A stretch of 41,958 nucleotides of DNA from an uncultured archaeon (GCA_964640865.1 CAZXIU010000002.1:1-41958); one strand, 5' to 3'. Numbered from the stretch's first letter, positions 23,676-32,255 are shown. Numbers and translations: made by a program. Notes: generated by a model not told the origin, from the letters alone.

Positions 23676-24293
23676 TTACCTGACCCTGTAGCTCTTTACC
23701 TCAAAACCATTCCCGCCTATTGAGTAAATGTTTGATTTCTTCTCTATTTTTGTGGACCGCATCTTTTCGACTTTGAGCAGGTTCTTGACCTCTCCTGCGG
23801 CTTCCACGGATTTCAGTATGATTACCCCGTCTGTGAGGAATTCAGATATGGTGTCACGGCTCAGCCAGACACTCTCCTTAGGCAGCTCTGATATAAGTAT
23901 CGATGTGCAGCCTATTTCCTTGGACTTCATTATGAACCTGCCGAGTGAGTCTCTGGTCATAACAGCAATGGAAGATAGCGAATCCAGGACAATCCTGTCA
24001 AACTTCTTGTTAACAAAGGCCTCCTCAAATTCTGATGATTTGAACTCGATGAACTCCAGTGTCTCCATACCCCATCCGAATTCAGCAGCCTGGTCCAGTA
24101 TGTCCTTCGGGGACTGTGAATAAGTGATATAAGCGCATTTCTCTCCTTTGTCGAGTCCTTCCTTGAGGAATCTCAGGCTGAAAATTGTTTTTCCTGTTCC
24201 GGGAGAGCCTGAGAGCAGGATGGAGAAATTCTTCGGGAAACCGCCTTCTATCAGAGCATCAAAACCCGGAACACCTGTGGCGACCCTTTCCAT
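23676..24293 (-). CDS. KaiC/RadA-like single-domain RecA-superfamily ATPase
   Basis: GVPGFDALIEGGFP followed by Walker A GSPGTGKT, and a Walker B-like IVLDSL. Confidence 0.75.
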   Translation of the reverse strand: MERVATGVPGFDALIEGGFPKNFSILLSGSPGTGKTIFSLRFLKEGLDKGEKCAYITYSQSPKDILDQAAEFGWGMETLEFIEFKSSEFEEAFVNKKFDRIVLDSLSSIAVMTRDSLGRFIMKSKEIGCTSILISELPKESVWLSRDTISEFLTDGVIILKSVEAAGEVKNLLKVEKMRSTKIEKKSNIYSIGGNGFEVKSYRVR

Positions 24294-24322
24294 AACAAAT
24301 ATTTGTCAGGCCGCTATAAAAA

Positions 24323-24877
24323 TCATTCAGACTTCTTCCTGAACTCGGATATTATCTTCTCCGCGACCTCTTCCGGTTTCATGCTTGTCGTATCCAGAAC
24401 AAGGTCGAAACACCCCTTGTCGTGAATATCGACGTCATAGTATTTTCTGTATCTCTTGATATCGCTTTCAAGACGCCTTCTTATGGCTTCTGCTGTCTCC
24501 TTTTCATCAGCGTATCGGCTTTCATTCCTCTTGCTGTTGCTCCTGACATCCTCATAAATCCTCTTCGCACCTACTTCAAATTTTACATCAAGAAAAACCT
24601 TGAATGAATGCGGGATGAGAAAGAAACTCGTTCTTCCCTCTATTATGAAGTTGTCCTCCTTTTTCCCCAGCTCTTTCTGGAAATCATCGACCTCTTTGTC
24701 TGTCCATGGTTCATTCTCGCCTATTTCATTCAATTGGTCGAGGTTCATACCCCTTTTCCGGGCAATCTCCCGCCTCATTCCTCCCACGTAATACCGTTTC
24801 ATGCTGAGTTTTCTGGAAATAATCTTCGCAACAGTACTCTTTCCTGCACCGGGCATGCCTGAAATGCTTATTATCAT
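24323..24877 (-). CDS. cmk: Cytidylate kinase, archaeal type
   Basis: P-loop ISGMPGAGKST, about 180 aa, with an archaeal CMP-kinase-like layout. Confidence 0.7.
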   Translation of the reverse strand: MIISISGMPGAGKSTVAKIISRKLSMKRYYVGGMRREIARKRGMNLDQLNEIGENEPWTDKEVDDFQKELGKKEDNFIIEGRTSFFLIPHSFKVFLDVKFEVGAKRIYEDVRSNSKRNESRYADEKETAEAIRRRLESDIKRYRKYYDVDIHDKGCFDLVLDTTSMKPEEVAEKIISEFRKKSE

Positions 24878-25746
24878 CTTACCATATCCCCAAGCTGGTC
24901 CAGAATATCGACAATCTTCTTTTCCCTTTCGGGCTCTTCGAAGATTATCGTACCGGTTATACCATAAGATAATGCGGTTCTTATTAAATGCTCCAGCTTG
25001 AGGTCTGATCCTATGAAAGACATATGTCCTAGCTCCCCGGACGGTCCGTACTTTATGCCCGAGAAGAAGAAGTAAGCATCACGCATCCATGCCTGGCCGA
25101 TGCCCCTGTTGAGCTGGTCAACCACGCTTCTGAAGTTGTCCTGTGTTTTCAGGTATCCGGCACCTCTGGCATGTATATGCGCCCAGTTTATCACAGGCTC
25201 CGTGTTTGTGGTCCTTTTGCATATCTCTATTACATCTTCAATACTTCCGAGTTCTCCTACCCTTCCTGTGTTCTCTATGCCTATCTTCGCTTTCACCCTG
25301 AGCTCATTGACAATCTCATTTATCTTGTAAACAACGAGCTTAAGTGCCTGCTGCTGGGGCATTCTCGAATAGAAATTGGGATGTATTGCGAATGTCCTGC
25401 AGTCCATGACAGATGATATTGTCGAGAAGAGCCTGAGCTTGTTTTCAGGCATGTCCCCGAAATCTGTCTGCCTGAGAGAGAGCTCTATGCCGAATTTCTT
25501 TGCTATGTTCTTCAGTCTCAGGAGGTCGCCATAGTATTCCTTGTACAGTTCAGTCGTGTCCTGTATGTTCGCGAAAAGCTCCGGGGGGAGGACAAGCGCC
25601 CTGAATCCGACCTTGTACAGTTCTCTCAATGCTTCAAGAGCCTGGTCTATTGTCTTTACAACAGGGATAGTGGAAACACCATATGTCACCCCTATTTTCA
25701 TTCCAAGCCTGTCCTGCATTTTCAGGGCTTTTTTTCGTGTTAGCAT
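24874..25746 (-). CDS. Endonuclease IV-like TIM-barrel protein (divergent)
   Basis: FAIHPNFY, IGIENTGRVGELGS, INWAHIHARG and IIFEEPE align with Nfo blocks. The HLND block is replaced by FFFSG, so part of the metal site looks altered. Confidence 0.55.
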   Translation of the reverse strand: MLTRKKALKMQDRLGMKIGVTYGVSTIPVVKTIDQALEALRELYKVGFRALVLPPELFANIQDTTELYKEYYGDLLRLKNIAKKFGIELSLRQTDFGDMPENKLRLFSTISSVMDCRTFAIHPNFYSRMPQQQALKLVVYKINEIVNELRVKAKIGIENTGRVGELGSIEDVIEICKRTTNTEPVINWAHIHARGAGYLKTQDNFRSVVDQLNRGIGQAWMRDAYFFFSGIKYGPSGELGHMSFIGSDLKLEHLIRTALSYGITGTIIFEEPEREKKIVDILDQLGDMVR

Positions 25747-25814
25747 AATATTATATTAACGGAACCAAAATATTAGAGAATCCCTTAACCTCGTTATTTT
25801 AAAGAAAATGGCAC

Positions 25815-26579
25815 CTAAGCTGCTTGTGCAAGAACCTGCGGACGTAACAAAGAGCCGATATAACCGGAAGCTTCCTGTTTGTATCTCCTCATGTTGTCTC
25901 TGAAACTTGTGATATTCGAATTTCCATAGTCCTTTCTGTACTTCTTCTGTTCTGTAATGTATGAGTTCGTTCCAGATTCTATATCAGCGTTCGCCTCTAT
26001 TATATCCCTCGCATCCTCTCTTTCACTTGTCAGTTTCCTTATTGTGCCGCTGTAGTCCTGGTTGCTGTGGAACGTCTCGTGGTCAACTGTCTTCTGCAAT
26101 TGCTCTTCGTTCATTCCTATGTAGTTTCCTGTAGCCAGTGACTTATCTATCACAAGCCTGCTTGTTTCCGGATTGTATGTGCCGTTCACTCCCATGAGCT
26201 TTTTCACGCCATTCTTTGTCTTTACATACCAGCCCGGAAGGTCCTCAACTGCTATCTTCAGCTTTCCCCAGTGGAAAGGTATTGCTCCTTCCTTGTACCT
26301 GAAATAGTCCGTGAACTTGTCTATTGCGCGGCTTACGTATTTTCCGACGAGCGATTTTGAGTTTCCAAGATATGTCGGCTCCGGGAGGTCGTCTTTCCCT
26401 ATGAGACTATTTGACATTGAATCCGGAATCACATTGTATTTATTCCCAAGTTCTTTCAGTACAGACTTGTATGAATTCTCGTCTATATTCACCTCTAAGG
26501 CTCTCTTTGCAGGGCTTTCAACGAATTCAGGGCCTGCGTAAAGCTCTCTTTGCAGTCTTTCTAAAGGTGAATCTGCCAT
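25815..26579 (-). CDS. Hypothetical protein with an HExxH motif (putative Zn metallopeptidase)
   Basis: VDHETFHSNQ is the only recognisable motif. No signal peptide or TM segment was seen. Confidence 0.5.
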   Translation of the reverse strand: MADSPLERLQRELYAGPEFVESPAKRALEVNIDENSYKSVLKELGNKYNVIPDSMSNSLIGKDDLPEPTYLGNSKSLVGKYVSRAIDKFTDYFRYKEGAIPFHWGKLKIAVEDLPGWYVKTKNGVKKLMGVNGTYNPETSRLVIDKSLATGNYIGMNEEQLQKTVDHETFHSNQDYSGTIRKLTSEREDARDIIEANADIESGTNSYITEQKKYRKDYGNSNITSFRDNMRRYKQEASGYIGSLLRPQVLAQAA

Positions 26580-26630
26580 AATATCACTCGTTTATTAATG
26601 GTAACAAAACTTTAAAAGGAGAAAAAACGA

Positions 26631-27062
26631 TTAACCGGCGACTCTCTTCTGTTTCTTGGCGAATATCACGAGTTCGCCGAGCTTTTCCATCATCTTTGGC
26701 TCTGCTGCGATTATATCAGAAGCGGTGACTATTCCAAGAAGCTTTTTCCCCTCAACTATAGGAAGCTTCTTTATTCTCTTCTCTGTCATTATCAGCGCGC
26801 CTTCCTCAATGCTCTTTTCAGGGGTTGTGTGAACAACATCGCTTACCATTATGTCACTGACCTTGGTTTCATGCGGGTTCTTACCCTTGCTTACAACCTT
26901 CCTTATTATGTCATCCTCTGTGATTATGCCTGTAAGCTTTCCGTTGTCAACGACAACAAGATAGCCGATGTTCTCCTCTGTCATCCTTGCTGCAGCCTCT
27001 GTAACGCTTATACCGGCTTCGGTCTTCTCGATTTCCTTTTGCATTATTTCACCAAGCTGCAT
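26631..27062 (-). CDS. CBS-pair domain protein
   Basis: Two CBS repeats (...VVVDNGKLTGIITEDDIIRKV..., ...LPIVEGKKLLGIVTASDII...). Start placed at MQLGEIM, 1 nt after the upstream stop. Confidence 0.8.
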   Translation of the reverse strand: MQLGEIMQKEIEKTEAGISVTEAAARMTEENIGYLVVVDNGKLTGIITEDDIIRKVVSKGKNPHETKVSDIMVSDVVHTTPEKSIEEGALIMTEKRIKKLPIVEGKKLLGIVTASDIIAAEPKMMEKLGELVIFAKKQKRVAG

Positions 27063-27063
27063 A

Positions 27064-27648
27064 TTATTCACCTGCCTTCTTCTCCCATCTTGGTACGAAA
27101 ATCCTGTATTTGTCTTTGTCCTCAAGTTCCAGAAGTACTCGTCTGACTATGAGTTTCTCAGGATTGGGAAGTAGTGGAACCCTTTTCTTTATGCTGTCGA
27201 ATGACTCGAATGCAGCCTTCTTGCGCTCTTCTATTATCCCCCATAAGTGCCTCTTGCCTACACCGGGAAGCAGTTCAAGCTGATGAAGCCTTGTTGTCAC
27301 AGGTCCTGACTTGTTGAAGAAATTGAGGAATGTCTCTGGATTCCTGGTTACTATCTTTTCCACAATTTCTGTGACTTCGTCCCTTGCGACTGATGTCAGG
27401 TCTTTGTAGTTTATCCTTTTTCTGATGTATCTGACATCACTCCTCTTTCCATCTCCTATGTATATCCGGTCTTCGGTCTTGAAACTGGCATCCTCTCTTG
27501 TTATGACTTCCAGCAGGGAGAAATATCTCTCTCCTATCACCTGGGCTACTGGCTCTGATCTCTGCATACCGGAGTGCCCCTTTGCGAGGTAGTCCAGCAC
27601 TAGTGCCCATTCATCCTTTTTTATAGGTTTGACTGTCATTTTTCTCAC
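27064..27648 (-). CDS. DUF655 family protein (OB-fold plus helix-hairpin-helix)
   Basis: Contains EWALVLDYLAKG, FSLLEV, FLNFFNKSGPVTTRLHQLELLPGVGKRH and ...KYRIF, matching the conserved archaeal DUF655 pattern. Confidence 0.75.
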   Translation of the reverse strand: MRKMTVKPIKKDEWALVLDYLAKGHSGMQRSEPVAQVIGERYFSLLEVITREDASFKTEDRIYIGDGKRSDVRYIRKRINYKDLTSVARDEVTEIVEKIVTRNPETFLNFFNKSGPVTTRLHQLELLPGVGKRHLWGIIEERKKAAFESFDSIKKRVPLLPNPEKLIVRRVLLELEDKDKYRIFVPRWEKKAGE

Positions 27649-27736
27649 TTCCTATCATTACAATGAATCCATATTTTATATTAATTTAGTCGCTTGGTCC
27701 CAGAAAAATTTATAACTGCACTCTACAATTAAAGAT

Positions 27737-28123
27737 ATGGCAACAAAAGCTAGCACAGTAAAGTCTCTCAAACCGGGGCATTACGTCATAATAGAGGACG
27801 AACCATGCAAGGTTCTGAGCATTTCCCTATCAAAGCCGGGAAAGCACGGGTCAACGAAGGCACGTGTCGATGCCGTTGGCATATTCGACAACAAGAAAAG
27901 GAATTTGCTCAAACCGGCAGACTCAGCTGTTCAGGTCCCGATAATCGAAAAGAAGAAAGCTCAGGTAATATCGGTTTCAGGTGCGTATGTCCAGCTCATG
28001 GACATGGAGGAATACAACACATTCGACGCATCAATACCTGAAGAGATGAAAGGAAAGCTTGAGTCAGGACAGGAGATAAACTACTGGAAAATCGGTGAAA
28101 AGGTTCTTGTGAAGGAGTCCTGA
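27737..28123 (+). CDS. eif5a: Translation initiation factor 5A (aIF5A)
   Basis: The hypusination loop SKPGKHGSTKA is present, and the protein has the expected size and OB C-terminal domain. Confidence 0.92.
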   Translation: MATKASTVKSLKPGHYVIIEDEPCKVLSISLSKPGKHGSTKARVDAVGIFDNKKRNLLKPADSAVQVPIIEKKKAQVISVSGAYVQLMDMEEYNTFDASIPEEMKGKLESGQEINYWKIGEKVLVKES

Positions 28124-28213
28124 AAAAGAGGGATTTCCCATATACTGATATGGAGTAATATTGAACTAATCCATCTGTTGGATTTTTAAGCTTTTTATGA
28201 CAAACGAATATTC

Positions 28214-28303
28214 ATGAAAAATCTTTGGTACGACGAAGAGGACGAAGAGGCTGACGAAGACTCGGATGAAGACAGCGAAGATGTAGAAGAAGACGATTGG
28301 TAA
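28214..28303 (+). CDS. Candidate hyper-acidic micro-protein (29 aa)
   Basis: Translation is MKNLWYDEEDEEADEDSDEDSEDVEEDDW, with 18 of 29 residues Asp/Glu. TTTTTAAGCTTTTTA lies upstream. It sits in an unusually long (249 nt) gap for this locus. Confidence 0.3.
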   Translation: MKNLWYDEEDEEADEDSDEDSEDVEEDDW

Positions 28304-28372
28304 AAGTTCTCGCTTCTCCGGTCAACACTTTTTAATAGGTTTATTTTGCTGTAATTCAAGAAAATCAGGAAT

Positions 28373-29161
28373 TCACTGTGAATTCCACATGTTATTGAAC
28401 ATGTGCTCAAGCGCTCCTGCTGAGACATGCTTTGAAGCTGCCCAGAAAGCGACATCCTGCGTGTGGTGCACTTCTGCTGTGTCTGTCAGTGCCATCATGA
28501 AGTGTTCCCCGTCTACTGTGAATATCCTTCCCATTGAAGCCGGAAGAGGCTTGACCTCAGCGATTGACGAGAGTATCTTGGCTGTCTTTGTTTCCGCATT
28601 CGGAGTAAGAATCCTTATCTTTGCACCAGATTTCCTTGCATTCTTCAGTGAGTTGTGATGCTTGTCATGGATTTCGGCGAGGCCTTCGTCAGTTGTGATT
28701 ATGTTTATGCTGCTTTTGGCGCCCTTGAAAAGTGATTTCATCTGCTGGTTTATTGAGAAGCTGCCTTTCAGTGTTCCTGCGAGGTCAGAAGCCTGAATCA
28801 TTGAAAATCCCTTGTTGTATATTTCCTCAAGCTCTGTCATCACGCTGGACCCGGTCATCTTTTCCATCCTGTCTATTGTGTCCGTATGCTTTCGGTGGAG
28901 GTTGTCCTTTGCTCTTTCAATCGCATCCTTCGGTGCAAGTGAAACATACTTTATGGGCTTGGATGACTGTGCAACCACGAATCCCTTGTCAGCAAGTGAC
29001 TCAAGAACATCATAAGAACGGGACCTCGGAACCTTTGCAATCTCAGAAACCTCACCGGCTGTTGCAACACCCTTGGCTATGAGTGCCACATAAATCTTTC
29101 TCTCGTAAAGATTAAGGCCGATGTTCTTCAGTGCATCGAGTATTTCCTGCGATCCCAACAT
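28373..29161 (-). CDS. TrmB-family transcriptional regulator
   Basis: N-terminal wHTH L..IGLNLYERKIYVALIAKGVATAGEVSEIAKVPRSRSYDVLESLADKGFV plus a TrmB-type C-terminal domain. Confidence 0.8.
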   Translation of the reverse strand: MLGSQEILDALKNIGLNLYERKIYVALIAKGVATAGEVSEIAKVPRSRSYDVLESLADKGFVVAQSSKPIKYVSLAPKDAIERAKDNLHRKHTDTIDRMEKMTGSSVMTELEEIYNKGFSMIQASDLAGTLKGSFSINQQMKSLFKGAKSSINIITTDEGLAEIHDKHHNSLKNARKSGAKIRILTPNAETKTAKILSSIAEVKPLPASMGRIFTVDGEHFMMALTDTAEVHHTQDVAFWAASKHVSAGALEHMFNNMWNSQ

Positions 29162-29365
29162 ATTATCTCCATTTGTTACTGCTTACTAATTAACATTTAT
29201 ATTTTTAAATGTTTTTCCGAACACAGTCGTCACGAAACAACTGCGCTGATTATGAAATATACTAGTAAGTTATTTAAAGATATTGTCACTTTCAAGTAGT
29301 CTAAAAATACAACTATACTTCTTTATAGCTTTTACAGAAATAATTAACAGGTGAAAAATATTTCC

Positions 29366-30589
29366 ATGTTCCAGCCGCCAAGAGGTACAAGAGACTTCCT
29401 TCCGGATGATATGGTCAGGAGAAGGGAGGTTTTCGGAAAGATAATGGATGTCTTCAGGAGATACGGCTATGGCGAGGTGTGGACCCCTGCATTCGAGGAC
29501 TTCGAGCTTCTGTCAAAGAAATCAGGACCTGAGATTGAGGAAGAGATATATTCATTCAAGGACAAGTCCGGCAGGAAGTTGGGACTGAGATTCGACCCCA
29601 CAGTTCCCATATGCAGGATAGTCGCATCAAATCCCTCGCTCCAGAAGCCTGCAAGGTTCTGCTACATAACAAACATGTGGCGCTATGACAGGCCCGGCGC
29701 CGGCCGCTGGAGGGAGTTCTGGCAGTCAGGCGTTGAGCTCATAGGCCCAATGACACCGGAAGCTGATGCAGAGATGCTTGCGCTTGTCAGCGATTCACTG
29801 AAAGCCATAGGCGCGAAAGGATTCTACTTCAGGATAAGCTCAAGGAAGATAGTGGATGCATTCGTCAGGGAGGCGGGAATACAGGAGAAGAGCACAGCTG
29901 ATGTATTCAGGGCCATAGACAAGCTTGACAAGATAGGCGAAAGGGGTGTCATGGCTGAAATGAAATCACGCGGAATAAAGCCTTCGCAGGCTGACGCTTT
30001 CATGGATTTGGTAAAAAGCGGGAAGTCCGGCGGACCTGAGCTCGGTGAACTGAAATCCATACAGGCTGCAGCCAAGAGGATGGGCGTGCCGAATGTCGAG
30101 ATAGACCTGAGCATCGTGCGCGGCATTGATTATTATACAGGATTTGTTTTCGAGACAATGGTTAAGGGATTTGAGAAACTGGGCTCTGTTGCTTCAGGCG
30201 GGCGCTACGACAAGCTCATTGGAATATACAGCGGGAACGATGTGCCTGCAACAGGATACGGCATGGGCATAGACCGCCTGCTTGAGATAATACCTGAGAA
30301 GGAAGCAGAGCCGCCTGTCACAGTGTTTGTCGTTCCTGTGAAGGATGAAGTCAATAAGCATGCTACTGCCATAACACAGGCACTAAGGGGCAGCGGAGTC
30401 AGTACCGAGACAGAGATGATGGGGAGGAACATACGAAAGCAGCTCGAATACGCATCGAAAAAAGGCATACCTTTCGCAGTCATAGTGGGGCCGAGCGAGG
30501 TCAGCGCAAAGAAGTACACACTCAGGGACATGAAGACAGGAAAGGAGAGTAAACTTTCCTTAGAATCTATAGTCAAGAAACTGAAATAA
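29366..30589 (+). CDS. hisS: Histidyl-tRNA synthetase
   Basis: Contains PRGTRDFLP, motif 2 FWQSGVELIG, GGRYDKLI and an anticodon-binding C-terminal domain. An upstream GTG at 29351 is possible. Confidence 0.92.
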   Translation: MFQPPRGTRDFLPDDMVRRREVFGKIMDVFRRYGYGEVWTPAFEDFELLSKKSGPEIEEEIYSFKDKSGRKLGLRFDPTVPICRIVASNPSLQKPARFCYITNMWRYDRPGAGRWREFWQSGVELIGPMTPEADAEMLALVSDSLKAIGAKGFYFRISSRKIVDAFVREAGIQEKSTADVFRAIDKLDKIGERGVMAEMKSRGIKPSQADAFMDLVKSGKSGGPELGELKSIQAAAKRMGVPNVEIDLSIVRGIDYYTGFVFETMVKGFEKLGSVASGGRYDKLIGIYSGNDVPATGYGMGIDRLLEIIPEKEAEPPVTVFVVPVKDEVNKHATAITQALRGSGVSTETEMMGRNIRKQLEYASKKGIPFAVIVGPSEVSAKKYTLRDMKTGKESKLSLESIVKKLK

Positions 30590-31162
30590 CTATTTTCTGA
30601 AGAATGAAAGATAAGCCGTGTGCATGAGTCCCTTTGTCTCGGGACGCGTTCCTGTTTCCTTGACTGCCATCTCCCTGACTATGCATTCAACAGACTGCTC
30701 GTGCTTCAGGCCATTTTCAATGCACAGGAGGACGAATTTCCTCATCTGCTCCACTGTCGGCAGATAGGAAACAAGATAGCCTCCCTTCTTCAGCGCACTG
30801 CAGACATGGTCGATTGCATGCCAGGGCTCCGGCATGTCAAGTGTGATTACGTCCACGTCCTTCTCGTCAATGCCCTTGAAGATGTCTTTGTTCTTCACTT
30901 CAACATACTTCTCAAGCCCTGCTTTCTTCACGTTCCTTGCGGCAATCTTCGAAAAGTCTTCACGAACCTCGTAGGAGAAAACCTTCCCCTCTGGTTTTAC
31001 CTGATTTCCAAGGAAAATGGAGAGAAATCCTGAACCAGCTCCTGCGTCAACAACGATGTCGCCTGACGTGAGTCCTGTAAATGCGGCTATCATTCCCGCA
31101 TCCTTGAGGGTTATAATCTGCGGCCCCCTCGCAAGCTTCCTGAACAGTTCCGGTATTCTCAT
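30590..31162 (-). CDS. trmI: tRNA (adenine58-N1)-methyltransferase TrmI/Gcd14, catalytic-domain-only form (start uncertain)
   Basis: Contains RGPQIITLKDAGMI, the SAM motif VVDAGAGSGFLS, and EGKVFSYEVREDF. The ORF is open to 31450, but the extension crosses an AT-rich double TATA-like spacer and overlaps a plus-strand ORF. Confidence 0.7.
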   Translation of the reverse strand: MRIPELFRKLARGPQIITLKDAGMIAAFTGLTSGDIVVDAGAGSGFLSIFLGNQVKPEGKVFSYEVREDFSKIAARNVKKAGLEKYVEVKNKDIFKGIDEKDVDVITLDMPEPWHAIDHVCSALKKGGYLVSYLPTVEQMRKFVLLCIENGLKHEQSVECIVREMAVKETGTRPETKGLMHTAYLSFFRK

Positions 31163-31198
31163 ATAGGATATTAAAATCTGCGATATTAAAATAAGGTC
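31163..31198. promoter_or_regulatory. Putative divergent promoter: duplicated GATATTAAAAT boxes
   Basis: ATAGGATATTAAAATCTGCGATATTAAAATAAGGTC lies between the ATG at 31162 (minus) and the ATG at 31199 (plus). Each box is about 20-33 nt from the start codon on the far side. Confidence 0.4.
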
Positions 31199-31699
31199 AT
31201 GAGCGGCTGGGAGTATGGCGGCGGCAGTTTCACCAAGCACGTCCCGGGAATAGAGGCCGGACACTACTGCCGTGAGGCCGATCCTGGGAGGATACTTTCC
31301 ATATACGTGGCTTTTAGCAATCCGACTCCAGGTTTCTATGGTCCCACCACCACGAGTTTCAACTTCTTCATGAAGGATTACGATGACAAGAGCCCGGTTT
31401 ACAAGATAGTCGATTCCAGAGACTGTACGGCAGTCGAGCCCATCAATCAAAGGGTGGAACGGCCTATGACAGCAGACGAGATAAACAGAATGTGCGACCT
31501 ATTCTCGAATGAGATAGGAGATTTTGGTGCAACCAGATATATCTTCAGGCACATGACCAATAATCTGGGTAGCCTGTTCAAAAGGAACGAAGGGACCAGC
31601 GAATACAGGGCAGAGCAGATAGTGAGGTCGATACTCAAGGAAAGGATAACGGAATCTCTGGATGTTATCAGAAACAAATCCGTGGAACCTGTCGCATGA
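31199..31699 (+). CDS. Hypothetical protein (166 aa; possibly shorter, from MTADE at about 31466)
   Basis: The C-terminal 77 residues are clearly protein-like and do not overlap other genes. The N-terminal part competes with the long form of trmI. Confidence 0.45.
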   Translation: MSGWEYGGGSFTKHVPGIEAGHYCREADPGRILSIYVAFSNPTPGFYGPTTTSFNFFMKDYDDKSPVYKIVDSRDCTAVEPINQRVERPMTADEINRMCDLFSNEIGDFGATRYIFRHMTNNLGSLFKRNEGTSEYRAEQIVRSILKERITESLDVIRNKSVEPVA

Positions 31700-31766
31700 G
31701 AGCCAACATTTAAAAACAATACATTTATTAACATTACCCAGTATAATTAGAGATACGTGGTTTCCC

Positions 31767-32063
31767 ATGAAATATCCGAAAAACAAGAACACATACTGCC
31801 CGAAATGCAAGAAGCATACTGAGCACACAGCCAGCATAAGCAGCAGGAAAGGCAGGGGAAAGGCGCACCCGTTGTCAGAGGCTCAGAGGCGATTCAAGGA
31901 AAAGCTCAAGGGATACACTTCATTCCCAAGACCCAATCCGAAGGGTGACGGAAAGCCCACGAAAAAGCTGGACCTCAGGTTTAAATGCAAGGAATGCGGC
32001 AAGAGCCATACGAAGAGCAGCGGCGGATTCCGGGCGAAAAAATTCGAATTTAAGGGTAAGTGA
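31767..32063 (+). CDS. rpl44e: Ribosomal protein L44e (eL42)
   Basis: [20 protein letters not shown]...CKECGK zinc-ribbon pattern. Confidence 0.9.
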   Translation: MKYPKNKNTYCPKCKKHTEHTASISSRKGRGKAHPLSEAQRRFKEKLKGYTSFPRPNPKGDGKPTKKLDLRFKCKECGKSHTKSSGGFRAKKFEFKGK

Positions 32064-32064
32064 T

Positions 32065-32232
32065 ATGACTGGAGATTTTCTTAAGGTAAAGTGCAAGGAC
32101 TGCAAGAATGAGCAGATAATATTCTCAAAGCCCGCAGGCGAGGTAAAGTGCCTTGTATGCGGCTCTGTACTCGCAAAAAATACAGGCGGACGGGCTGAGA
32201 TAACAGGCAACATCATAAAGAACGTTGAATAA
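32065..32232 (+). CDS. rps27e: Ribosomal protein S27e (eS27)
   Basis: FLKVKCKDCKNEQIIFSKPAGEVKCLVCGSVLA. Follows rpl44e directly, as in the conserved archaeal operon. Confidence 0.9.
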   Translation: MTGDFLKVKCKDCKNEQIIFSKPAGEVKCLVCGSVLAKNTGGRAEITGNIIKNVE

Positions 32233-32237
32233 AGAAA

Positions 32238-32255
32238 CGCTTCCGGGAGCTTTTT
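32238..32255. repeat. Variant of the TTCCGGGAGC motif fused to a TATA-like box upstream of eif2a
   Basis: CGCTTCCGGGAGCTTTTTAAATA. TTTTTAAATA lies about 23-32 nt upstream of the eif2a ATG. Confidence 0.6.

Noticed and set aside
28195-28455. 86-aa Ser-rich minus-strand ORF
   Set aside because: It is a low-complexity poly-Ser antisense shadow of the GA-rich plus-strand stretch, and it overlaps the 3' end of the TrmB-family gene.
30590-31450. Long 286-aa form of TrmI
   Set aside because: I could not match the N-terminal 96 residues to the TrmI N-terminal domain. They are read through an AT-rich duplicated TATA-like spacer. This is kept as an open question in the findings rather than fully excluded.
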